DNA of 64,000 nucleotides, taken from contig CBFFRP010000263.1 in NCBI GenBank assembly GCA_965644295.1, positions 523,531-587,530 of the forward strand. Reading direction: 5' to 3'. How positions within the stretch are numbered: the stretch's first letter is position 1; every line of letters begins with the position of its first letter. The notes beneath the pieces were generated by a model. It was not told the DNA's origin, ran no database searches, and was given only the letters and a program-made list of their open reading frames with translations. This document shows positions 12,701 to 21,807 of this stretch, piece by piece. Both the position numbers and the translations under genes were made by a program. Origin of the DNA: Paraphysomonas bandaiensis. Its lineage: Eukaryota > Protista > Chrysophyceae.

Positions 12701-15700
12701 GATGAGGCCAATGAAGGAGATATGTCATTGGAGGAGTTCCCGGAGACAGATGATCACCCACCTGAGAAAACTCTCAAAGGTTTTGCACTCCCTTCTATGG
12801 AGGCATCTGGTAACGCTTTAGAAGGGGCAACTATAAAAATGCCTGCTCTGCCTCTGAAGAGTGCACTTCGTAAAAAACGGCAGAACATGGGAATTGCGAC
12901 TGCAGGGGCACCTTTGGTAGATGATCTACGGGCCCGTGAGGGAGCCAATGCGGATGCATTTGGAGAAGGTGATGTCATTGACGCCAATGATCCGTGGGCA
13001 CAGTTTGAGAATGATGACGAAGAAGAAGGCGACGAGGCGCTGGAATTGAATAAGGACAACAATAAAAAGAAGAAGCGAGACCCTGGGGAAAGGAGAGGAA
13101 TTTTTGACAATGAATATTATCTCAGTGCCAAGAAAGCGTTTCTTGGAAATGTGCTGGGTGCCTATATTGCGAAGCAGTACACAGCATGCATTAAATTTCT
13201 TAAATCTCGCTCTCAGAAGTACAGCAAAGTTGGTTCTGATGATCAGGAGGATGCCGAAGTGGAGAAAGAGAAGGAGAAGGAGTCCAATGGCGTGGATGAA
13301 TTCGGGATGCAGATAGAAGATAATGAAGCGGAAGAGACGGTGGAAGAAGATGCGGTGCTTGTTCCTATTAAGGTCTCTGAAATGGAATTCTGGAATGCAG
13401 CAGCCAATGGTTATCTCACACGCAATGAGTATATCGCTCTGGCATCCTGGTTCGGAGGCATGCTACTAATAATGATATTCGGAATAGTTGTCGCAAAGAC
13501 TGTTGTTCCTGGCTGGATGGGTCATGTTATTTGGGTTGCTGTTTGGATGTTGATATGTACTGCTGTTCCCTTGGTCAAGTATTTTAACACGTATGTTGTT
13601 GACGATACAATGAAGCAATTTGCTATTTTTCTGGCCCTGTTTCACACGATATTTTGCCTTTCATTTTTCATTGCACAGCTTGATGCAGACGATGATATTG
13701 TGGCATCTCTCTGGATATTAGACTACTATTTCTATTATCCTATTGCTGTTTATTTAGCCTACGAGGCTTACAAATGGAAGGATGATAACTGGATCATAGA
13801 AGCGCTTGATAAGGATGGTGACGGAGATGTGACGTGGCAGGAATATGTTGTCTACTTCCAGGCCTATCCTATCATATTTGCCGCTCTAGTATTACTCGTT
13901 TTCCAGATGTATGTGTGGGTGGATGTGATTATGGGAAATATTGGTCTGCTGATGTTGTTGACAGCAATGGTTGGGTATGTATTTGCAAGAGATTGGGCAA
14001 CGAATGACTTTTTCCTTTCTCCATTTTTGACGAAGTGCGGAGATTATATCCTGCAAAGTATATTAGTCATAACATTTCTGACGAGTATTTTCTACCCTGA
14101 GAATCCCGCCTTCCCGTTGAGTGTGTTCTTTTTTACATTGGTGTTCCGTTGTGCCGCAAAGATTGGAGCTAGGTTGATAGTGATGGAGCCAGATACAATT
14201 GTCTTTTTGTCTCCATTTGTTATGCCAGTGTATACATATGACTCTCGCAACAACGACATAGTAAACGAAAATGAGCTTGCAAAACAGATAGCAGGCGGCC
14301 TGTTAGCTGGTGCAATGTGGGGTACCAGTATGGCTGTATTTTTGTATCCTGTTAGTGTCGGAGTAGCAGTTGCCTGTGTCTTTTTGATGGTTATATCTGC
14401 TACTGTTGCTTTCGCTGTATCGTATGTGCCACTACAAATGGGTCGTCTAGCTGCCATGATGTCACCAGACACCATGATGAACGCGGTGAACGCCGCGCTT
14501 GAAAAGTTTGAGGAACGACGGAGTCCACTTGAGACTGAGATGGAAGGTTGGGAGGGTGCAGATGATAAAAACGAGGATCCTTTCTTTGATGATGACGACA
14601 AGAAAGATAAGAAGAAGCACCGTACGGCTATAGAGCTGGCTTCGGAGCTAATTGATGACACTAGAGCAATGCAATATGTCCGGGAAGATAAGCGTGCCAA
14701 GGTTGTGAACATTGATGACGAAGATGAGGAGGAGATACCGTGGTATAAGAAGTTGTGGACGCAAACTATGACGCAAGTACAGTCGATAAGGGATTCTATC
14801 TTCCCTCCTGATCCGAATAAGGGTTTTAAAAAGCATAGTGAAAGCCTATTAACCACTACAGATATGATGGCTGAGGCAATTCTTACCGGTAGGGGACCAT
14901 ACGGTTTTATTGGACTGGAGGGCACGTGGTACAGACTGTTCAAAAAAGCTCAACACTCAGAACATCTCAAGTTTCTTAACCAGCCGTGGTTGAATGTGTA
15001 CGATGAATATGGAAATCTTACCACTACCGCACAGCTGGTAGAATCCTTTGATACATCATTAACTCTTAAGCGCCAGGTTGAGTTGGATGGCCAGATAGAC
15101 AACGTTCTTCACGAGGAAATGAGATGTGGGATTCACTTTTTGATGATGATAATTGTTGCAGCTGATGCCAAGCTCAACCGAGAGCAGATTCTGTTCCAAA
15201 AGTTCTTAAGAGAAAATAGGTTTCGTCTGGCATCAAACGGAATTTCTCCTCCACCGGAAATATTTACCAGTTCATCATATGCTAGTATTGATGTACCATT
15301 GGTTGCCGTTTGGCTTTCAACTCTTTCACAGGAAGAGCGAGAGAGATTCCACATGCTCAAACACACTTTTTCCGAGGAACAACTGCTTCGAGATGAACAG
15401 ATTGATAACGAAGACTACAAGAAGGAACTGGAGGCGAATGGTTTGCTAAAAGAACGGGCCTTTAGAGACACGGAGATGTTTCATAGAATTACTCACGAGA
15501 TCCAATTACGCCAGGCAGAGCGAGTGAGAGCGTTCGTTGACCACTTACCTCCTCAAGATAAGCAAGTCTTCCTTTTCAACAAGGAGGAGTGGCTCACCAA
15601 TGCTGATTGTTTTGTAAACCCCAAAGATATAGAGCTCTATGAGAAATTTAAAGCCGCGGTAATGCATGACAATGATGAAAGCACTGAGTATGCTAGACAA

Positions 15701-17506
15701 GTTTTAGCAGACGTTGAGGCTGCCCGGCGTGACTGTCGCATTGGGGAGTTTGGCCGGAGTTATCAATTTGTAGACCCGGAGTTCAGTCCTGGAGATGCAA
15801 GTATCGGTGAGTGCGGTGGACAAAATGACATATCTATCTGGAAATGCGCACCGGGAATCAATGATACATGTCAGCTCTTTGACGAGGGTACCGATCCAGA
15901 TGATGTGGAAGTTGGTGTTTTTCGGACGGAATGGCTTTTGTCTGCTATTAGTATGCTCGCGGCAGCGGGGGGAATTGGAGATGGTGGAGTGGATGAGCAG
16001 GTTTTGAATCTTTTTGTGGGTCATTATGCAATTGATGGTCAAATTACTTACCACACTGAGGTAGGTGCATACTGTGTGAGGCTTTTCAAAGGGGGCATTT
16101 GGGTTCCTCTGATTATAGATGATCTCTTTCCTACATTGAAGGACGACAAAGTAACGAACGAAAACCGTGGTATTGCTTGTGCACACTCGAAGGAGGTGTC
16201 TGAGCTGTGGGTATCTCTGATTGAGAAAGCATTTGCGAAGTACTACGGTTCGTATGCGGAAATAGAGAAAGGGTATGTGCACCATGCTCTCTCTGACATG
16301 ACTGGATGCGAGGGGGAGTGTCTTCCACTCAATGGTTACTCCAGAGGACCTAAAAAGAGGGTTCTATGGGACATGATGATGAGGTATCGTAAGAATGGAT
16401 ATATACTTGGAGCCGGCACGGGATCATCTGCATTGGCGGATAAAGGAATCATTGAGATGGGAATCGTGTTTGATGCTGCGTACACTATCTATGACGTGCG
16501 CCAGGTGGATGGATATCAACTCTTGAAGCTGCGCAATCCTCCTGGTGATCATGACGAGTGGAAAGGTGATTGGAGTGATGAAAGTAGTCTTTGGACAAGA
16601 AGGTTAAAGAAGAAGCTCGGCTGGACTAATGCAGATGATAATACATTTTGGATGGCATTTGACGATTTCTGTAATGTTTTCCGTGAGTTGTACATCTGCA
16701 AATGGTACAATAAGAATCAGTGGCAGGAAGTTTCTCACAGTGGAGAGTGGAAAAAGTTAGACGACAAAGCAGATCAGGCGATTGATGAAGACGAGGAAGA
16801 CGAGTTTGGTGAGGATGGTATCACACTTAAAAAGTCTAAAAACAATAATTTTCCCGATACTGCGGGTGGATTACCATCGAAGCACAACCCTGGATGTGTA
16901 CTGGAGAATAACCCTTACTATTCTCTTAAGATAGACCGCCCTACAGAGTTTAGGCTTACTTTGACTCAGGCAGATTCTCGTGGTGTGGCGCACGGGGATC
17001 CCCTTCCAGTTGCTATATATATATGTCGCAGTCCTCACCCCAAGGTTGCTCTAAGACTGAAGAAACTCAATCGCGATGATATTGTCGCATACAGTGGTAC
17101 GGCCAAGGCGGAGCGTACTATACATTTATACGCAACTCTGAAACCTGGGCTATATGTGGTTCTTGTCGGCACCTACATTACTGGCATGGAGGGAAATTTT
17201 ACTCTTACTATGCTCTCTAATTATAAAGTTAACCTGAATCAGCTTTGGCCACCTACATGGCTCGCTGATGGTCAGCCACTGAATCACGGTGCCATGCTCG
17301 ACGGCCCTGACGATACACAGTACGAATCCCCATTTATAAAAGAGACAATCAATAGAGTGAGACAAACGTTTGCTCTTATGATTGGAACGGGCGAAAGGCC
17401 GAACGAGCGTGACGATATGTCTGAAGATGAAGAGCAGGTAGAGGATTTGACCCAGATAGAGGAAGATGCGCGGAAGTATCGCGAAGAGAATGAGGGGAAT
17501 GTTTAG
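9722..17506 (+). CDS. DEK1-like large multi-pass transmembrane calpain (signal peptide - C2 - ~20+ TM - CysPc - C2L), predicted catalytically inactive
   Basis: Intronless 2594-aa ORF. C2 motifs SDPYVRF and VWDAD; many hydrophobic segments; calpain motifs FVDPEF, ELWVSLIEKAFAKYYGSY, LKLRNPPG, EWKGDWSD, FWMAFDDF; C2L motifs TAGG, NPYYSL, PGLYVVL. Confidence 0.9.
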   Translation: MIKLKLVLFLVYCLLYCDGEDEFTCQGKNYIQALNACPDRGAQRFSSGGNVTVLVKRMRNLPDRDVLGASAVSDPYVRFIVGENVKRESKVVKDDLSPKWNQLVNLGLLGSATEIQVSVWDADVGLEFGDDLLAKTSMRVPFCTMFNASYSEVDCPRPFNCRSEDSLWQMPERRQCHEVGELNFKPSVPCDEPGSLCLELEFFIIPFEMKMELEVDGMLARTPQVSVAGDFFSNVQWSVDNRFGFPYLADITNRFDFRTDQFNHIEGGLMFRTLESDRLAGEPNDILFYATLNFPAFLYICRDIEDNALGVPKWIKQGYTSKNLSTTKLMFFDQDVVFECFYKAVDGTRKNRWGGIKGGAITLRSNTIPYNKKVGEDDIEYQNNYVVVAIPRVISPQVEDLSINYDAGAFITKLFEHGVIWLYFVWLIASFLKRINYRIDRIMTYLVSQVLTGENKNVVATLFVACENQSPCNVEYRSHLCHAKNSIYLIMSIPFLLLLSWGFSCVANVEPTALGYAVFFLGSATLMVTYGVKLWESRQWHMSPYSLVSLMIAVVLFFCFIISVIFADPAVYKYGHSVNLSALSVVFGCINTLPLFLLVFHRDKAYKVNLSVVVEKLTETVYKIKSEKGEGISKKAKKPLTINKALHALLGDAYTLNPNVPLFKYGTILMDTTSSSKTAAEKDKTGKKLTYTSLFILFVYFCIGVTETDYPSIVFLHCCALVLLDSIHTAISHGDVKWSTGYHIFLIVCGRLLIMSSTHRMWILHYSLAYLVYSFALSQELINAFLPALNKQQAGEVAFAGKGTEVEKANPDIAGSPLFCLGMLTFSFITLLLIAAFARPDGLPIASVDVWGAQWSTYVFGLLAFLVVVVGVLMTATTRAFYLQKHGLLRGYARDSYTFVPEFRLPMLLAVFTEVAILASGVLMYGATGSSVVLTIAIFFPPIAVCLGHAYRTWIENDYELIVWPPVEVKPDNVDDAPNDLEVAFHMMDNMFGDEANEGDMSLEEFPETDDHPPEKTLKGFALPSMEASGNALEGATIKMPALPLKSALRKKRQNMGIATAGAPLVDDLRAREGANADAFGEGDVIDANDPWAQFENDDEEEGDEALELNKDNNKKKKRDPGERRGIFDNEYYLSAKKAFLGNVLGAYIAKQYTACIKFLKSRSQKYSKVGSDDQEDAEVEKEKEKESNGVDEFGMQIEDNEAEETVEEDAVLVPIKVSEMEFWNAAANGYLTRNEYIALASWFGGMLLIMIFGIVVAKTVVPGWMGHVIWVAVWMLICTAVPLVKYFNTYVVDDTMKQFAIFLALFHTIFCLSFFIAQLDADDDIVASLWILDYYFYYPIAVYLAYEAYKWKDDNWIIEALDKDGDGDVTWQEYVVYFQAYPIIFAALVLLVFQMYVWVDVIMGNIGLLMLLTAMVGYVFARDWATNDFFLSPFLTKCGDYILQSILVITFLTSIFYPENPAFPLSVFFFTLVFRCAAKIGARLIVMEPDTIVFLSPFVMPVYTYDSRNNDIVNENELAKQIAGGLLAGAMWGTSMAVFLYPVSVGVAVACVFLMVISATVAFAVSYVPLQMGRLAAMMSPDTMMNAVNAALEKFEERRSPLETEMEGWEGADDKNEDPFFDDDDKKDKKKHRTAIELASELIDDTRAMQYVREDKRAKVVNIDDEDEEEIPWYKKLWTQTMTQVQSIRDSIFPPDPNKGFKKHSESLLTTTDMMAEAILTGRGPYGFIGLEGTWYRLFKKAQHSEHLKFLNQPWLNVYDEYGNLTTTAQLVESFDTSLTLKRQVELDGQIDNVLHEEMRCGIHFLMMIIVAADAKLNREQILFQKFLRENRFRLASNGISPPPEIFTSSSYASIDVPLVAVWLSTLSQEERERFHMLKHTFSEEQLLRDEQIDNEDYKKELEANGLLKERAFRDTEMFHRITHEIQLRQAERVRAFVDHLPPQDKQVFLFNKEEWLTNADCFVNPKDIELYEKFKAAVMHDNDESTEYARQVLADVEAARRDCRIGEFGRSYQFVDPEFSPGDASIGECGGQNDISIWKCAPGINDTCQLFDEGTDPDDVEVGVFRTEWLLSAISMLAAAGGIGDGGVDEQVLNLFVGHYAIDGQITYHTEVGAYCVRLFKGGIWVPLIIDDLFPTLKDDKVTNENRGIACAHSKEVSELWVSLIEKAFAKYYGSYAEIEKGYVHHALSDMTGCEGECLPLNGYSRGPKKRVLWDMMMRYRKNGYILGAGTGSSALADKGIIEMGIVFDAAYTIYDVRQVDGYQLLKLRNPPGDHDEWKGDWSDESSLWTRRLKKKLGWTNADDNTFWMAFDDFCNVFRELYICKWYNKNQWQEVSHSGEWKKLDDKADQAIDEDEEDEFGEDGITLKKSKNNNFPDTAGGLPSKHNPGCVLENNPYYSLKIDRPTEFRLTLTQADSRGVAHGDPLPVAIYICRSPHPKVALRLKKLNRDDIVAYSGTAKAERTIHLYATLKPGLYVVLVGTYITGMEGNFTLTMLSNYKVNLNQLWPPTWLADGQPLNHGAMLDGPDDTQYESPFIKETINRVRQTFALMIGTGERPNERDDMSEDEEQVEDLTQIEEDARKYREENEGNV

Positions 17507-18026
17507 TTATATTTTATGTGTATGAATTATTAGTGCAATAATATATAAATAATCAATATCGATAGTAGTACTTGAGAGAATAAGTTCTAATATTACAATA
17601 TTGTGGGCACAGATTCTACCTGAGTATTCGCAGCTAATTACATTACTAGAAGTAGGAAACTAGACGCCAAATAGATAAAAGTATGAATTGTTTCATTATG
17701 TCGGAATGTTCAATTACTCTAGGGTGTTATTCGTTACGGTTAGGTAATTAATTGTCAATTATTGAAATTCGATTAGGGTTAGGACATCAAGTCATAATTG
17801 AAATTATAATTGACTCCAGTTTGTTTAAATTAAAATACCACCTTTCTACACTTAAAAGTTGATAAAAAAGGCACTTTTTATTTCGAAAATCAAATTTTTA
17901 GGAAAAAATCGAAGATTGATAAAAAACTACAATATTCGGATAATCCCACAAAGTAATTCATTTACTTATATGGAAAGTCTTATTATTAGCAATAGGCGTT
18001 AAAAACCTGCACTAACTTAGTAGCTA

Positions 18027-20129
18027 TATTATTGAATGTCTTTTTATTTAGCAATAGGCGTTAAAAACTCGTTCCGATATAGCGGCTAGTTGAATACTAG
18101 TCTACTAGTAAGCCTCTACCCATAACTAGTCAGCACAAATTCTATTATCCTACTATTTAACGCTACAGAAGCTGCTTGTGCGTCGCCGCAAGCACCAAGG
18201 TGCAACCACTTCCGTTCTTGATGTTGTGTGTGAGTTCGCCCTGCTCGTGTGTCTGGACTCACTGGCGCGTGTTGTCCGGGGGTCTCCCCTTGGGATACGG
18301 TTCCGCCTGGCTCTGAGGTACCGGGTTCTGTATTAAGGTCCTGAGTGTACCGAGCACTAGATGTGTGGACTGAGAGGTTGATGGTGTGGTGGAATGTGGC
18401 GGTGTCGCCATGCACCGTTTGGGCGTTGGGCAGAGGAGGAGTTGCCGGAGACGTCGTCGCCTTTGTAAAGGACCTGTTGGTTTCATACGGTCCGGTGCTA
18501 TGGTCCTTTGTGTATGGTTGGTAGGGTTCATAGGTGCGGTGGGCGGTGTTCCAGTCTCGGTTCGTCTGTGGATTCCTAGTAATCTTAGCACCCTTGGGCG
18601 TTTCCGTTTCTGTCTGTGTTTTGGACTCGGCCGCGGTAGTAGCCTTGGGGGGCCTTTCCGTAGGGTCACGTATCTTCTTCCGCGATCTTGGATCATGAGC
18701 TTTGCTGCAGCGAACAGCGGTAGCAGTAATTTGATGATCGCTGATTCAATGCTGCGCAGTCCTTGGGATGTCAGTGATTCATGGATGTGATCTCCAAAAA
18801 CCATTTCAAGCTGTGTCATTGTGATGGTACCCGTCCAGAATCTCTCCACCTGTGGCACGGAAGGGTTCCAGGCCCTGCTGGAGAGTCGCTGGAGTACAGT
18901 GGTGGTCCATTGGGGTAGTTTCGGATTTCTCATTTCTTCTAGGAGCGCGTTTTTGTGGCTGTGAAATGCAGACTCCCTTATCTGCGTTATGGTGTCGTTT
19001 GTGCAGTCTAGACACATATATGCTTGAGTGAGTCTAGTCTAAATCCGCAGTCAGAGCATACGGCTTTAGCCATGTCGAGTCCGTGTTTGGTTTTCGCCCG
19101 GTTTCTTCCTATACTGAAGGATCTGTCCCATGTCAGTGCTGCATTGAGTACTCTTTGGCGCAGGTGGGAGCTCACTTTGTCCTTTGATGGTCCACCATCT
19201 GCTTGCGCCAGTTTGCGCGGAAGTAGTGCTCCGCTGTCTTTCCAGTATCCAGGAGCCCGGTCGGGATTGTGACCGTCGTAGCGTTGGTCTCGGAGAGCTG
19301 TGTAGGCCTCCAGCGTCCGTTGATTACGGAGGGAGTGGAAATCCGTGAGCAGGGGGCTAGTGCGATACGGCCGTCGTTCCCCAGTTAGGCGCCAGTGCCA
19401 TAAACCCTCGGTGAGTATTCTCTCGATGGCTTGGTCCACTTCCATGTTACAGACAGTGTAATTTTGTCGTCCGAGTAGTCGATCTACCTCAAGCCAGTCC
19501 CCTCCTGCTACTGCGTCGGCAATGTAAATTCCTTTGTCTTCATATGTCCATTCAGACTCATCAGAGGTGCGTCGTTCGGGGTGTGATCGGACCCAGGCTA
19601 CTGTCCTTGTGCAATCGTTATTTGACTGCAATGCTTTCGAGCAGTACACCTTTGGCACGATGCCCCAGTGCCCGACGTCTGGCGGAGAGTGCTTCGTGTG
19701 TGCGTTTGCAGACGGCCTTACAGTCCGTATTTATCGGTATGTGTGATGGGAGTCGCGCAGACAGTATAAGCGCCATTGCTGCTCCCATGAGCTCGTATGC
19801 ATACGGGCCAAGTCCAGGCACGTCGCTGAAGGGTGTCTCTAATCGCAGTATTTTTGTTGTACCGTTCTTCCATTCATCCTCCGGGGGGAGCCACACTGCC
19901 GCCGCTCCTCCATAATGTGCCCATCTTGTACGTGGGTGTACATGCGTAATGCGGCGCGGGGATAGGGCTGTAGGCGTGTATGAGCCGTCCGTGAAGATTG
20001 CCTGATATGTATCCGCGTGTACATCATCCAGTCCTAATGTGCGGATAATGTTGGTCAGGGTGTTGGTATCTTGAGGTTCCGGAATGTCGGGTTGTTGGAG
20101 TGTGAGGCCAACCTCCGTACCCCATTCCC
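18027..20129 (-). mobile_element. 5'-truncated, frameshifted non-LTR retrotransposon (RNase H plus CCHC zinc knuckle; I/ingi-like architecture)
   Basis: RNase H motifs IFTDGS, AYELMGA, NTDCKAV and WVRSH...GIYIADAVA. CSDC-x8-H-x4-C knuckle across a frameshift near 19017. 13-bp TSD AACTTAGTAGCTA at 18014-18026 and 20130-20142. Confidence 0.85.
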
Positions 20130-20505
20130 AACTTAGTAGCTAGATGAATGCTAGACAAACTAGTTAGACCTCTACCTGTAACTAATCAGTACACACTTTT
20201 TTTATCCTACTATTTAACGCTACGGAAGCTGCTTGTGCGTCGCCGCAAGCACCAAGGTGCGACCACTTCCGCTCTGAGTTCTTAAGGTGAACATCCCGGA
20301 TGCTTGACTTCAGCAGGCAGCCCAATACCCCGGTTACCCTTCAGGTGGGCCCTGTCCCGGATGCCCTTGAGGTGGACCCATTCCCGGATGCCTGTTTATT
20401 CGTCAGGGCCCATAGACGTCTACACAAGTGATATTTATTAGTATCCCTTGTACCACACAAGCATTCGGCTATGAGTGGGCAGAAGAATATCTGCTGACTA
20501 TGTTT

Positions 20506-20594
20506 GCGGCTCACGTTAGTTTCCCAGAGAAGTAACTCCGGTACTTATCCCCCAGAACACCACGAAAAGGTGCGAGTCCGACTTTTTTTGAGGG
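20506..20594 (-). ncRNA. Putative HDV-like self-cleaving ribozyme at the SINE 5' end (copy 1)
   Basis: Reads CCCUCA...CGGACUCGC ACC UUUUCGU GGU GUUCUGGGGG AUA AGUA CCGGAG-loop-CUCUGG GAAA CUAAC GUGAGCCG. This has HDV-type P1/P2/P3-L3/P4/J4-2 order and begins exactly at the TSD-defined 5' end. Confidence 0.6.
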
Positions 20595-21807
20595 AATTCA
20601 TTTACTTAATTAGCAATATGAGCGATAAACTGGTACCAGAAGTCATTGCACGAATGTTCTTTGAGAAAATAAATGATAATAACGAAGCAGTTGGCATAGA
20701 GACTTGACATACCTGGAGTTTCCTGTAAGAAAAAGTGTTCTGAAGAGATAAAGTAAGGCTATTTTATATATAACTCTATCTTGTAGGACGATGAATGGAA
20801 ATTTAAAGTTTTGGTTTCCCAGCGAAGTGGTGGTGCAATGGATAAATATGTCGATGGCAAAGTATCACCTCAAGCGTGAAATAATGCATATCACTGGTTG
20901 GAATGGGTGATAATGGGTGATCTTCTATTCTCTTTTGTGGAAAAACCATTGACACAAAAAGAACTTTTGTTGACATTTATGAAGTATATGAAAGAGAAAT
21001 CATGATCATAGTATCAAAGCAATGCTTCCAATGCAATTCGGTTTGATTGCTGCAGCAAGGAACGGAAGCGAGCACGTCTTAACCAGCAAACTCATTAAAA
21101 CAGCATGAAGCACTTGCATGCCACAACCAATAGGGTTCAAAACAGGTTCAATAGAGCAAAGATTGTTATGGCTGATATGCGCAAGAGTATTGCTTACGTT
21201 TTTAAGCATGAACCGTCGCTTCTGGAAAGAAATTACAGTTGAGGTAGCTTAATTGGCAACTTATTATGTAGTTTTAGTATTAAATAATTGCAATTAATTG
21301 AAATTGAGGCAGCAAGTAATAATTGCGATTATAATTGACTACAACCTGCGTTAATTAATTGATACGCAGCCCCCCGGTAATTGCCACGCATGCATTAATT
21401 ATCTCAAATGACAATGAGTAATGTGCAGTCGATTAGTGATAAGTGATAAACTGTGGTATAATCATTTGTGACCTAAGTGTGGATCAATACTATAAGATCT
21501 ACAACGCGACACGCCAGTTAGCAGTTAACAGATAAATTTGCATGGAGATTAAAGTAACGTAGAATAAATGTCATGTTGATAATGCCACTGAACCCCTTTT
21601 CACGAATTCACAATGCGTAGCAGTACTTCTTGAATGTAGAAACCGTACAGTTGTTCCAGAGTTGATGTTGTAGTACTTCGCAATAGTACCAAAAAGTAGT
21701 TATCATAACAACAAAAATAATAACACATTAAAGGTAGACGCTTTTACTTACTTACAAAATAATGCAGCATGATTGAGTTTAAAGTTATTCCTCGATAACA
21801 TCAACAA

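Larger units (their letters stand above)
17969..20594 (-). mobile_element. Complete SINE-like non-autonomous retroposon (~510 bp: 20594-20130 plus 18013-17969) interrupted by a nested LINE fragment
   Basis: 14-bp TSD AATTCATTTACTTA at 17955-17968 and 20595-20608. Second copy at 59676-60029. Its 3' tail is shared with the LINE. Confidence 0.85.

Noticed and set aside
17735-17790. Telomere-like TTAGGG motifs
   Set aside because: Only one or two scattered units in AT-rich DNA.
18166-18214. Shared tail as a hammerhead ribozyme or tRNA
   Set aside because: No CUGAnGA/GAAA core and no cloverleaf or T-loop; treated as a 3' recognition structure.
20610-21240. Possible decayed coding or transposon fragment
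   Set aside because: Short broken frames with no motif I can identify.
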